Source: a virus. From it: 64,000 nucleotides of DNA. Below, piece by piece: positions 1 through 8,646 of the stretch. The notes under the pieces are model-generated. The model worked only from the letters and a program-made list of their open reading frames with translations. It made no database searches and was not told the DNA's origin. Where the stretch lies: positions 26,297 through 90,296 of the IMG/VR virus record IMGVR_UViG_3300025289_000025. One strand, written 5' to 3'. How positions within the stretch are numbered: the first letter of the stretch is position 1; every line of letters starts with the position of its first letter. A program made the position numbers and the translations under genes.

Positions 1-1
1 A

Positions 2-1669
2 ATGGGTGATATTAATTCTTCCGCAACATATAGTTGGATTCCTGGGGCTAATGCTTTATATGAGGGAGGTGCACTCCCTGAAATGTTTGGGACTCATAGA
101 GTTGTCCCCCCACTTATTTCTCATTTTATTGAAATTGTTGGAAATAAACAATATTTAAATTTATTATTCGCCGTAGCAGGTCATCAGGTAGATAGTATTT
201 CTGATGTTCGAATAAATGAAATAGACTCTAATAATTTCGTGGGAATTTTAATAGAAACTAGATTAGGAACGATTTTTCAAGGCGTTATCCCTTTTTTCGG
301 GGATTCTCGTTATGATCACTCTGTAAGCGTAAGGTTACAAGACCCCGTTACAATTAATATTACTGGTTGTTCTGGTGATGGAAATACCATGACTATTACA
401 GCTGCGAATCATGGATTTTTTAATGGACAATTTGTCGATATAGTTGACGTTGGAGGAATTGATAATATTAATAATTTTACTTTTCAAATTAGTAATGTAA
501 CTAATGATACTTTTGATATATTTTGGGAAGATAATGGTTATCTATCAATGACCGGTTCTTATTCTGGTGGCGGAACGGCTACTAATGGCTGGATTGTTCG
601 GACTACTGATGGAAATGTGGTTGAAGGTTTGGGAGTAGGAATTGTTTTTCCTGCAGGATTATTTTATGCTAATGATGGGGGTGGATTATCTCCTCAAACA
701 ATTAGGTTATTTATAGAATACAGGGTAAGTGGTGCCGGCAATGCTTGGAATAGATTACAAACTGCAGAATATGCCACCACTGTAATTGATACTGGTGCAA
801 GATGGTCTGCCGGACGTTGGGATACTGTAGAGGGCATGATAGGTCTTCAATGGTTTGAAATAGAGGCTGGATCAAATGTTATAACAGACCATTATGACGG
901 AGAGCCGTATCCATTTGATGTATGGGCAGAATATGGGGAAGGAACGCATTTTATAGGAGAATGGCGGTGGATAATTTTCGGCAATTTTATAAATGTTGTT
1001 AGTTTAATCTATCAAAATTATGTGGAAATAACGGGGGGCCAAATAGAACCCCTACGAAAAATGTTTTTTAAGGATCTACTAGATGCAAATTCATATGATG
1101 TTAGGATGCGTCTAGCAGTCGCCTCTCCGTCTGGTTCTAGATATGGTAATGATATTATGTTCGAATCAATACAAGAGATAACATACGATGCTTTTAAATA
1201 TCCAGGTACGGCTTTATTAGCAATTCGTGCTCTTGCTACTGATCAGCTTTCTGGCGGAATGCCTAAGATTGATTGTTTGGTGACTAGGAGCACTGTTCCT
1301 GTATGGACTGGGGCGGCATATGTTTTGAAATCGGCCTCAAACCCTGCTTGGGTATCTTATCATTCGCTTCATAGGGCAATGCCGATAGAGGAGCCTCCTG
1401 TTGGAGCATGGGTCACCGTAAGCATGGTTGCCGGATTGGAGGGATCCAATAGTCTGCTCGACTCTGCTTCCCAGTTTCTTATTCGTTTGCCGAATTTGGT
1501 TGCCGGGCATTCCATCCAAGTGTCGGGTTTCACGAATTCAGTGAATAACGACACTTTCTTTGTGCTAAGCGTAAGCGCAGGGACCATCACGGTAGATTAT
1601 CCTCCTTATGGAATAGTAGATGAGGCTGCGGGGAATGACATAACAATAATTGATTTGGGAGTTATTTAG
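2..1669 (+). CDS. Tail tip / host-specificity protein (TipJ/gpJ-like), N-terminal part; may be truncated at the window edge
   Basis: Motifs PEMFGTHRV.PP, YPGTALLAIRALATDQLSGG.P.IDC.V and SNPAWV are typical of lambda-J-like tail tip proteins; contains inserted beta-rich modules. Confidence 0.75.
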   Translation: MGDINSSATYSWIPGANALYEGGALPEMFGTHRVVPPLISHFIEIVGNKQYLNLLFAVAGHQVDSISDVRINEIDSNNFVGILIETRLGTIFQGVIPFFGDSRYDHSVSVRLQDPVTINITGCSGDGNTMTITAANHGFFNGQFVDIVDVGGIDNINNFTFQISNVTNDTFDIFWEDNGYLSMTGSYSGGGTATNGWIVRTTDGNVVEGLGVGIVFPAGLFYANDGGGLSPQTIRLFIEYRVSGAGNAWNRLQTAEYATTVIDTGARWSAGRWDTVEGMIGLQWFEIEAGSNVITDHYDGEPYPFDVWAEYGEGTHFIGEWRWIIFGNFINVVSLIYQNYVEITGGQIEPLRKMFFKDLLDANSYDVRMRLAVASPSGSRYGNDIMFESIQEITYDAFKYPGTALLAIRALATDQLSGGMPKIDCLVTRSTVPVWTGAAYVLKSASNPAWVSYHSLHRAMPIEEPPVGAWVTVSMVAGLEGSNSLLDSASQFLIRLPNLVAGHSIQVSGFTNSVNNDTFFVLSVSAGTITVDYPPYGIVDEAAGNDITIIDLGVI

Positions 1670-1705
1670 CATGACTATTAAAGATATAAGGCGGGTTTCA
1701 TCATA

Positions 1706-3394
1706 ATGGCAATCACGGGGTATAAGAGTGAAGGTGTTCCAGCATCTAGAATTGATCTGGCTGCGTTTCAAGCATGGGCAGATTGGTGTATTGATATTTC
1801 AGAGGGAGCAGCACCTACTCCAATTCCTTTAGAATCTCATATTTATTTTGATACTGCATTCTCTCTTCGTAAAGCATTGGATATGGTTTCCTTGAATGGA
1901 AGGGGGACTATCGTTCAATTAGGTTCCAAGTTTACGGTGATTATTGATAAAGTAGAAGAAATAGCTGTTCAGAGATTTTTATTTACTATGGGAAATATCA
2001 AAAAAGATTCTTTTGCGGAAGAATTTTTACCGATGGGCGATAGGGCAAATGCTGTAGCTATAACTTATTTTGATAGAGAAATGGATTATATTCGTCAAAC
2101 AGTAGAAGTTTATTCCGACGATTTTGATACTTCTGATAAAGAAATTAATAAAACGTCAATAATTCTTTATGGTTGTACGAGCAGATACCAAGCAACAGAC
2201 CATGGTTCATTTTTAATAAAGTGTAACCGTTATGTCACGGTGACAGTCTCTTTCGATGCAGATGTAGATGCCATCGCTTGTCGTCCAGGGGATATAATAG
2301 ATGTTGCTCATGACGTTCCCAATTGGGGTCAAAGTGGTAGGGTAGTATCCGCCACTGTAAATACAATTACTCTGGATAAAGAAGTAGCAATTGATTCTTC
2401 TTTTCAATATATGGTAGGTATAAAACATATTGACGATGATTCTAGAGAAGAGATTGAAGTTGATGCTGCTACGATGGGAACAGGAAATTACTCTGTATTA
2501 CAAATTCTAACAAATTGGGTCAAAACCCCCGCATCTAACGCTTTATATTATTTTGGGAAAATTGATCAATTAACTAAGGCTGTTAGAATATTGAGGATTT
2601 CTAGATCATCTGATCAACGTAGGAAACTTTCTGGAGTAGAATACGTCCCAGAGGTTTATACAAGATCAGGATCTGTAGTTACTCCTGTTCTTCCGGCAGC
2701 GCAATCTCAAGCATGTGTTGGATTGTCTGCTACAGAAATATGGAGTGGAGGAACAATTTCTTCAGTTTCTCTTTTATGGAGAGGTTTCGCATTAACTTGG
2801 TATGTATATAGAAGTAGTGGCGTTTCTTGGATTTTATTAGGAACTACCAATGGATTGAATTACACCGACTCTGGTTTATCTTATGGTATGAATTACACTT
2901 TCTCCGTTTCTCCTACGGCGAATCCAAATGATGCTAATGCAGATCAAGTAACCGTAAATGTTTCTGGAGCTAACGTAAAAATTGAAGTTGTAGATTCCAT
3001 AGGAATGGTAGATGGTACTATTAAAGTTCAGAATTATAATAGAAGAATAATGGAATTACTGGAAGCTGACGATTATGGGAAGGGGGGTACGCATAAGAGG
3101 AGACTTTCAGAATCTATAGGAATTACTGATGCTATTATTAAAGTTCAGAATTATAATAGAAGAATTTCTGAATCCCCTGGTGTATTGGATTCCTCAGTAT
3201 CTGGATTCGTTCTATTTATCGTTACTAGTGATATAGCAGGAGTAACGGATTCGCTAGCAATTAAAATAATACAAGGTAGAATAATAAGTGAATCATTGGG
3301 TATACCAGATTCCTTGGTTTCTGGGCTGGTTCCGTCTACTGTCGTAGGAGATTCTATAGGAGTATCAGATTCTTTAGCAATCGTAATAATTTAG
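1706..3394 (+). CDS. Tail tip protein C-terminal part (phage-tail_3 domain, FN3-like domain, S-D-x-x-G repeats)
   Basis: IDLAAFQAWADWC, FLFTMGNIKKDSF, LYGCTSRYQA and ACRPGDIIDVAHD..WG.SGRV continue the gpJ architecture. The C-terminus carries the same repeats as the next gene. Confidence 0.75.
   Translation: MAITGYKSEGVPASRIDLAAFQAWADWCIDISEGAAPTPIPLESHIYFDTAFSLRKALDMVSLNGRGTIVQLGSKFTVIIDKVEEIAVQRFLFTMGNIKKDSFAEEFLPMGDRANAVAITYFDREMDYIRQTVEVYSDDFDTSDKEINKTSIILYGCTSRYQATDHGSFLIKCNRYVTVTVSFDADVDAIACRPGDIIDVAHDVPNWGQSGRVVSATVNTITLDKEVAIDSSFQYMVGIKHIDDDSREEIEVDAATMGTGNYSVLQILTNWVKTPASNALYYFGKIDQLTKAVRILRISRSSDQRRKLSGVEYVPEVYTRSGSVVTPVLPAAQSQACVGLSATEIWSGGTISSVSLLWRGFALTWYVYRSSGVSWILLGTTNGLNYTDSGLSYGMNYTFSVSPTANPNDANADQVTVNVSGANVKIEVVDSIGMVDGTIKVQNYNRRIMELLEADDYGKGGTHKRRLSESIGITDAIIKVQNYNRRISESPGVLDSSVSGFVLFIVTSDIAGVTDSLAIKIIQGRIISESLGIPDSLVSGLVPSTVVGDSIGVSDSLAIVII
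3021..3165 (+). repeat. Direct repeat ttaaagttcagaattataatagaagaat (2 copies, ~3021 and ~3138) encoding KVQNYNRRI
   Basis: Exact ~28-nt duplication read from the sequence. Confidence 0.85.
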
Positions 3395-3500
3395 GATAGA
3401 AATATTAGTGATCTCTTGTTGCTGAAGAATAAATTTCAGTGATGACCCCGGAGGTTTCTATGACCCTGTCCCTTAATGCCGCCCGTGGGGGGTAAGGTAG

Positions 3501-6500
3501 ATGGCTACCGAGCGTATCTATCCTGCAAGTGATGTAACAACCAACTGGAATGGATGGTCTGCCCCTCCGCATTGGTCGCGTGTAGACGATGCTTATGGAT
3601 CGGAAACGGAGGCGGATGGAGGGCTTGCCGGGGACAACAACTCCGTAGAAGAATTCACCATGGCGAATGTATCCGTCATGGGGGCATCAGATACCGCAAC
3701 CGGGATAGGTATTTATATATGGTCGAAAAGCGAAAGCAGCACAGAGTCGATAGATGTTCAATATTCCATCGACAACGGGTCTAACTGGTCCTCCGTTGTA
3801 AACGTAGTAGTTAATCAAACGAGTTACGCCTATGGAATAGCGTCGTGGTCCGGCCTGTCTCTGACTCAATCGCAGATCAACGCGATGAACATACGGCTTA
3901 CATGCCCGAATGAGAATGTCGATTGGGTCTATACCTCCGCAGTTTCGGTTCTGGTGACTTATACGGCGGGCGGAACTAATTTTACCAGAGAATTAGCAAA
4001 TAGTTTGGGGATCTCTGATGTTCTATATAGACAGTTAGTACGGAGATATGAAAATATAGAATCCATCGGAGTTCCAGACTCTATCCTTTGTTCCCTGTCC
4101 TTTATTCGTCCGATTGGGGATAGTTTTGGATTAGTAGACTCCAGAGATATTGTAAAGTCAATGATTCGTAGGCCCACGGAAGTGTTGGAATTGGGAGATT
4201 ACGAAAGAATTATTAGACAAATAGTCAGATACATATCTGATAGTGAGAATATCTCAGATTCTTCTATTCTTGTTCATCTTATCAATCGTTATCTTTCTGA
4301 TTCATTAGGTTTGGCAGATTCTAATAATCGTTATATCACCCTTCGTAAATATCTTACTGATACTGTTGGAATAACGGATGCTGAAATAGTTATTAATTCC
4401 ATCGTTCGTTATCTTTCTGATATTTTGGGATTATCTGATATACAAAGTAAAATGATTGGCAAGATAGTTGCAGAATCAACTGGTATTATGGATACTTTGA
4501 GTAAGATTGGTAATATGGTTAGAGTTCTATCTGAATCAGAGGGAATGACAGATTCAATAAACCGTATTCTTCAGAAAGTTGCCCAACTATCTGATTCTAT
4601 TGGAATAGTAGATTATCAATTAATAATTAAATCCCTATCTCGAATTATTTCTGAAAATGAAGAAATAGGCGATTCTTCCCTTCGGTATTTAAACATGATT
4701 CGTGACTCTTTTGATTCTATGGGGATTTCCGATCATTCTATTACAGTAATTGCATTAATTAGGACCCTATCAGAATCTTTGGGAATAACTGATTCAGAAG
4801 TTTGGGCACTCCTTCGTAGTAGGGTTATTTCTGATACCACTAGTGCATTTGATTTTCAAGCAAAAACTATTGGTAAGGTTCTTTCAGATATTTTGGGGGT
4901 TTCTGATTCTATAGCAAGGGCCTCTTTAGCAAGCAGATATATTTCAGATATTCTTGGATTATCTGATGTTGTTTCTAGGATATTGGTAAAACGGCTGACT
5001 CAACCAGATGTTATTGGGTTAGTAGATGTATTTTATGAAACAGAAATAAATCTATTTGTTGCAATAGTGGCAGAGGCGATTGGTATTACTGACGCCCAAG
5101 TTAAATCCTCTACTTTGGGAAGAATAGTTTCTGATGCTTTTAATCTTTATGATGTATCTTTCCGAACGGTTTTGTATAGTCGTGCTTTCTTGGAAATAGA
5201 GGGAATTAGTGATTATAGCTCTAGATTAATGGAGGCGGTGCGTTATTTATCTGATTCTGGAGGAACGTCTGATTATTTGAATAGAGTAATGGGGCACATT
5301 CGGTTGGAGTCTGATTCTATAGCAATGACAGATAATTTAACACATATTAAGTCCCTTTTAAAAAATATATCTGATTCTATTGGACTTACTGATTCCCAAT
5401 CAAATATTATTCATTTGGTCCGTGCGGTTTATGATTCTTTGACTATAAACGATACGTTGGATCGTCATATATCTTTTGTTCGTTCCTATTCAGAATCGAT
5501 TGAAATTTTAGACATTTTCTATGGTATAGAAGTTAATTTGCTAGTTTCTGAAATTTCAGATGTTATTGGATTAGTAGACGATAAATCTCAAGCCTTCATT
5601 AAAACTATATTGATTAGTAATTTATTAGGAATTTCTGATTCTAACATTAAATCTTTTTTAAAACAAATTTCCGATACAATGGGATTGTCAGATACCATTC
5701 AACGTCATTTGACGATTCAACGAATTCTTTTTGATACTGAGGGTCTTTCGGATACTCTGATCAAATCAATTGCTAAGACTCTATCGGAAGCATTGGGAAT
5801 AATTGATTCGACTGTTCGTTATCGTACTCTTCAGAAAATTCTTTCTGAATCTCTGGATTTGTCAGATTCTCAGTATAGGATAATTGTAAAAATATTTTCC
5901 TTATATGAAAATTTAGGGTTGACAGATGCAAGAGTAAAATTATTGGCTAAGACGATTGGGGAATCCTTAAATTTAAATGATTACCAGTTACGATCCTTAA
6001 GTTTCATTAGAGCTATGATGGAAGGATTAGAATTATCCGATTCCTATGTAAGAGCATTGAAGGTAAAAAGAGAGTCATTGGAAGAAGTTGGTCTTGTAGA
6101 TATAAATATTCAATATCTTGCATTAATTGTATCTAGAATTCTGTCTGAGCCTGTTGGAATTACGGATTCCTACCAAGCCATATTTTATGTTGCTAGGATC
6201 ATAGCCGAATCCTTAGATTTGTCTGACGAGCAACTTAGGATTTTGGATGTTAACAGAATAGTATCAGAATCTTTATCTTTTGTAGACATAGCTCCTAGAA
6301 CGGTTAATTTGACTAGAATGTCCGTAGACTCTGTTGCCTTAGCCGATTCTCTATTATCTTTGGTTATGAAATTACGTTATTTATCAGAATCCTTCGAATT
6401 GACGGATTCTCAATATTATCAGTTGGAAATGATAAGGGAATTGGCAGAAACGGAGGGGATTTCTGATTTCCTTCTTAGATCTATTTCTGTTAATAGATTT

Positions 6501-6932
6501 GTGGCAGATTCTACTGGAGTTACAGATAGTTTGAGAAGAGTTCTTGAAATACTTCGTAGTCAAACGGATTCTGTTGGAATTACGGATACTGCGGAGTGGA
6601 AAAAGATTCTTGTTTTGATATTAACGGAATCTATTTCTCTAAATGATTCTGAATTTAGAACGATGCTTTATTGGATTCATCAGTATGACGTAGTAGGACT
6701 CGCTGATGGTCAATTCCGGTCAGTTAGTTATCAAAGATTTTTATCTGATTTGCTTAATGTACTAGATAGGTTAGGATTAGACCAAGTAATAGCAAAAATA
6801 ATTCGTGAAAAGTTGTATGTTTCACTTGCAGTTTATAAACGGTTCTTGATGGAGATTGATGCTCTTAATCCCCAAGTAAGTATAAACGTTCAGGATAGGA
6901 GAGTTGAATTAAATATCCTCAGAATGAAGTAA
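3501..6932 (+). CDS. Large repeat protein, putative tail fibre/appendage: N-terminal beta-sandwich plus ~45-50 degenerate ~20-aa repeats
   Basis: Motif R-x-[LI]-S-[DE]-S-[LI]-G-[LI]-[ST]-D recurs from about aa 160 to 1100; located in the tail module. Confidence 0.6.
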   Translation: MATERIYPASDVTTNWNGWSAPPHWSRVDDAYGSETEADGGLAGDNNSVEEFTMANVSVMGASDTATGIGIYIWSKSESSTESIDVQYSIDNGSNWSSVVNVVVNQTSYAYGIASWSGLSLTQSQINAMNIRLTCPNENVDWVYTSAVSVLVTYTAGGTNFTRELANSLGISDVLYRQLVRRYENIESIGVPDSILCSLSFIRPIGDSFGLVDSRDIVKSMIRRPTEVLELGDYERIIRQIVRYISDSENISDSSILVHLINRYLSDSLGLADSNNRYITLRKYLTDTVGITDAEIVINSIVRYLSDILGLSDIQSKMIGKIVAESTGIMDTLSKIGNMVRVLSESEGMTDSINRILQKVAQLSDSIGIVDYQLIIKSLSRIISENEEIGDSSLRYLNMIRDSFDSMGISDHSITVIALIRTLSESLGITDSEVWALLRSRVISDTTSAFDFQAKTIGKVLSDILGVSDSIARASLASRYISDILGLSDVVSRILVKRLTQPDVIGLVDVFYETEINLFVAIVAEAIGITDAQVKSSTLGRIVSDAFNLYDVSFRTVLYSRAFLEIEGISDYSSRLMEAVRYLSDSGGTSDYLNRVMGHIRLESDSIAMTDNLTHIKSLLKNISDSIGLTDSQSNIIHLVRAVYDSLTINDTLDRHISFVRSYSESIEILDIFYGIEVNLLVSEISDVIGLVDDKSQAFIKTILISNLLGISDSNIKSFLKQISDTMGLSDTIQRHLTIQRILFDTEGLSDTLIKSIAKTLSEALGIIDSTVRYRTLQKILSESLDLSDSQYRIIVKIFSLYENLGLTDARVKLLAKTIGESLNLNDYQLRSLSFIRAMMEGLELSDSYVRALKVKRESLEEVGLVDINIQYLALIVSRILSEPVGITDSYQAIFYVARIIAESLDLSDEQLRILDVNRIVSESLSFVDIAPRTVNLTRMSVDSVALADSLLSLVMKLRYLSESFELTDSQYYQLEMIRELAETEGISDFLLRSISVNRFVADSTGVTDSLRRVLEILRSQTDSVGITDTAEWKKILVLILTESISLNDSEFRTMLYWIHQYDVVGLADGQFRSVSYQRFLSDLLNVLDRLGLDQVIAKIIREKLYVSLAVYKRFLMEIDALNPQVSINVQDRRVELNILRMK

Positions 6933-6942
6933 GGAGGGAAAT

Positions 6943-7230
6943 ATGAGCATAAAAGAGTTTACAAATGGGGATACAGTTTGGCTTCAAGCTACCTTTAGAA
7001 CAAACTCAAAAGTTTTATTTGATCCTACTTCTACTTGGGGAAATATTTGGGATTCCTCCTCTAATCATATAGGTATATCTGCTTTCACCAAAAGTGTCAC
7101 AGGAGTTTACGTTTATGGTTGGCAAACAGATCCTAGCAGTCATGCCAATGGGGATGTTGTATTTGATGCTTACGGATATTACGGAGGGAAGATATATGTC
7201 CATCGTGGAACCCTTTTCCGTTTGGTGTAA
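6943..7230 (+). CDS. Small virion protein (BppU/adaptor-like Ig fold)
   Basis: GDTV.L.ATF...DP...TGVY.Y.W pattern; strong RBS (aaggaggg) upstream. Confidence 0.5.
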   Translation: MSIKEFTNGDTVWLQATFRTNSKVLFDPTSTWGNIWDSSSNHIGISAFTKSVTGVYVYGWQTDPSSHANGDVVFDAYGYYGGKIYVHRGTLFRLV

Positions 7231-7331
7231 TTTTTCATAGAAAGGGAGAACCATAAACGATATAATAAAAAGGATTCTAACTGGGAACCAAAATGTTCCG
7301 AACACCCCATGTAGAGAAGGAGGAAGGGAAA

Positions 7332-7883
7332 ATGAATGAGCAATTAAGAAGGGATTTAGATGCAAAACTGGCGGCGTTTCTCAAAGAAACTGAAGGAGAT
7401 CTTCCCATTGAGAAAATGGGAATTCTCGGGTGTGTTCGTCACCGTTTGTATGGCCCTGATGGTACACTGAAGCAGGAAGGTCATAAGTTTAACCTAGTAA
7501 ACTCTATTGGGGATAAGTATCTCTCTGTCTATTTGTCGGGGGCAGGGGTGTTGCCGGGATCTATGTGGGCAGAGCTTGGTGTTAATACCACCGCTCCGGT
7601 GAAGGCTGGAACTGGTTTGGGGACTTTAATTGCTACTTCGTCCCTAGCAACTTCCGCTTCCTATCCGCAGAATGTCAACTCATTCGGTACGGGTTCCGGT
7701 GAGTGGACAATTTGGCGGTTCTCTTGGGGCGCGGGCGTAGCAACCAACGGGTCTATCGGAGAAGTGGGAATGCGGACTCAGGCTGGTTCCTTTGTAGCCC
7801 ATGCGTTGGTGGCTCCGAACGTGAACAAGGCTGCTGGCGATACGCTGCAGATCGACTGGGGCTGGAAATTTTTAGGGGCATAA
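7332..7883 (+). CDS. Tail collar/fibre-associated structural protein
   Basis: NLV...G...TTAP....T.L ... ATNGSIGEVG ... VNKAAGDTLQIDW pattern seen in phage tail-collar-like proteins; start placed at the ATG after a ggaagg RBS. Confidence 0.55.
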   Translation: MNEQLRRDLDAKLAAFLKETEGDLPIEKMGILGCVRHRLYGPDGTLKQEGHKFNLVNSIGDKYLSVYLSGAGVLPGSMWAELGVNTTAPVKAGTGLGTLIATSSLATSASYPQNVNSFGTGSGEWTIWRFSWGAGVATNGSIGEVGMRTQAGSFVAHALVAPNVNKAAGDTLQIDWGWKFLGA

Positions 7884-7935
7884 TACCCAATAGAATCAGG
7901 TACTTAGGCGTGCTACAAAGTTCTTTCCTTCTTGT

Positions 7936-7969
7936 TCATGGGGCATCTCCGAAAGGGGGTGCCTCATGA
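7936..7969 (+). promoter_or_regulatory. 15-bp hairpin (GAAA loop) covering the RBS and ATG of the HNH gene; possible terminator
   Basis: tcatggggcatctcc-gaaa-gggggtgcctcatga, followed by ttcttgtt. Confidence 0.7.
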
Positions 7970-8646
7970 TTCTTGTTCCCCCTAGAACAACCGATATGAC
8001 TGGGACCCAATTCTTTCGTTTGACTGTATTAGGTCTTTCTAGAATTGATAAAGACAAACGGGGGACTACTTCTTTTTGGGAATGCCTCTGCGAATGCGGA
8101 AATTATCATATTGTTGCTAAAGATAAACTCAAACTAACAAAAAGTTGTGGATGTTTGAAAAGGGAGATTATCAAAGCCGGGGCAAATTTCAAACATGGTT
8201 TTTGTAAGGATGGTCAGATAACTCCGGAATATAGTTGTTGGTCAGGAATGAAGGATCGTTGCTATTGTGAAACCAATCGCAAGTATCCTCGTTACGGTGG
8301 AAGAGGAATTACCATTTGCGATGAATGGAGATATAATTTTGAGGCTTTTCTTGCATATATGGGACCCTGTAATGGGAAAATAATTGATAGAATTGAAGCA
8401 GACGGTAACTATGAACCGGGTAATTGCCGTTGGGTAACTCCTGCAATATCCAATAGAAATTATTCAACTAGAAATCGTAATTATACCCATAATGGCGAAA
8501 CAAAGTGTTTGAAGGATTGGGCAGCTCATTTTGGCATAAACTATGCTACCCTCTGGCAACGAATTAAAGATGGCCTAAGTTTTGAGGAAGCCATAGCCCA
8601 TCGCCTTAGAGAAAAAATTGTCGTTAGTCAGGTTATTTCTATTTAA
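7966..8646 (+). CDS. HNH homing endonuclease
   Basis: WECLCECG, KSCGC, YGGRGITICDEW and IDRIEADGNYEPGNCRW are motifs of the common phage HNH family. Confidence 0.85.
   Translation: MILVPPRTTDMTGTQFFRLTVLGLSRIDKDKRGTTSFWECLCECGNYHIVAKDKLKLTKSCGCLKREIIKAGANFKHGFCKDGQITPEYSCWSGMKDRCYCETNRKYPRYGGRGITICDEWRYNFEAFLAYMGPCNGKIIDRIEADGNYEPGNCRWVTPAISNRNYSTRNRNYTHNGETKCLKDWAAHFGINYATLWQRIKDGLSFEEAIAHRLREKIVVSQVISI

Noticed and set aside
1667-3394. Genome-wide TAG recoding
   Set aside because: Readthrough at 1669 meets TAA within three codons, long genes are intact in the standard code, and TAG ends normal genes such as tnpA and the clamp.
3501-6932. Diversity-generating retroelement target
   Set aside because: No reverse transcriptase and no TR/VR pair differing at adenines in this window.
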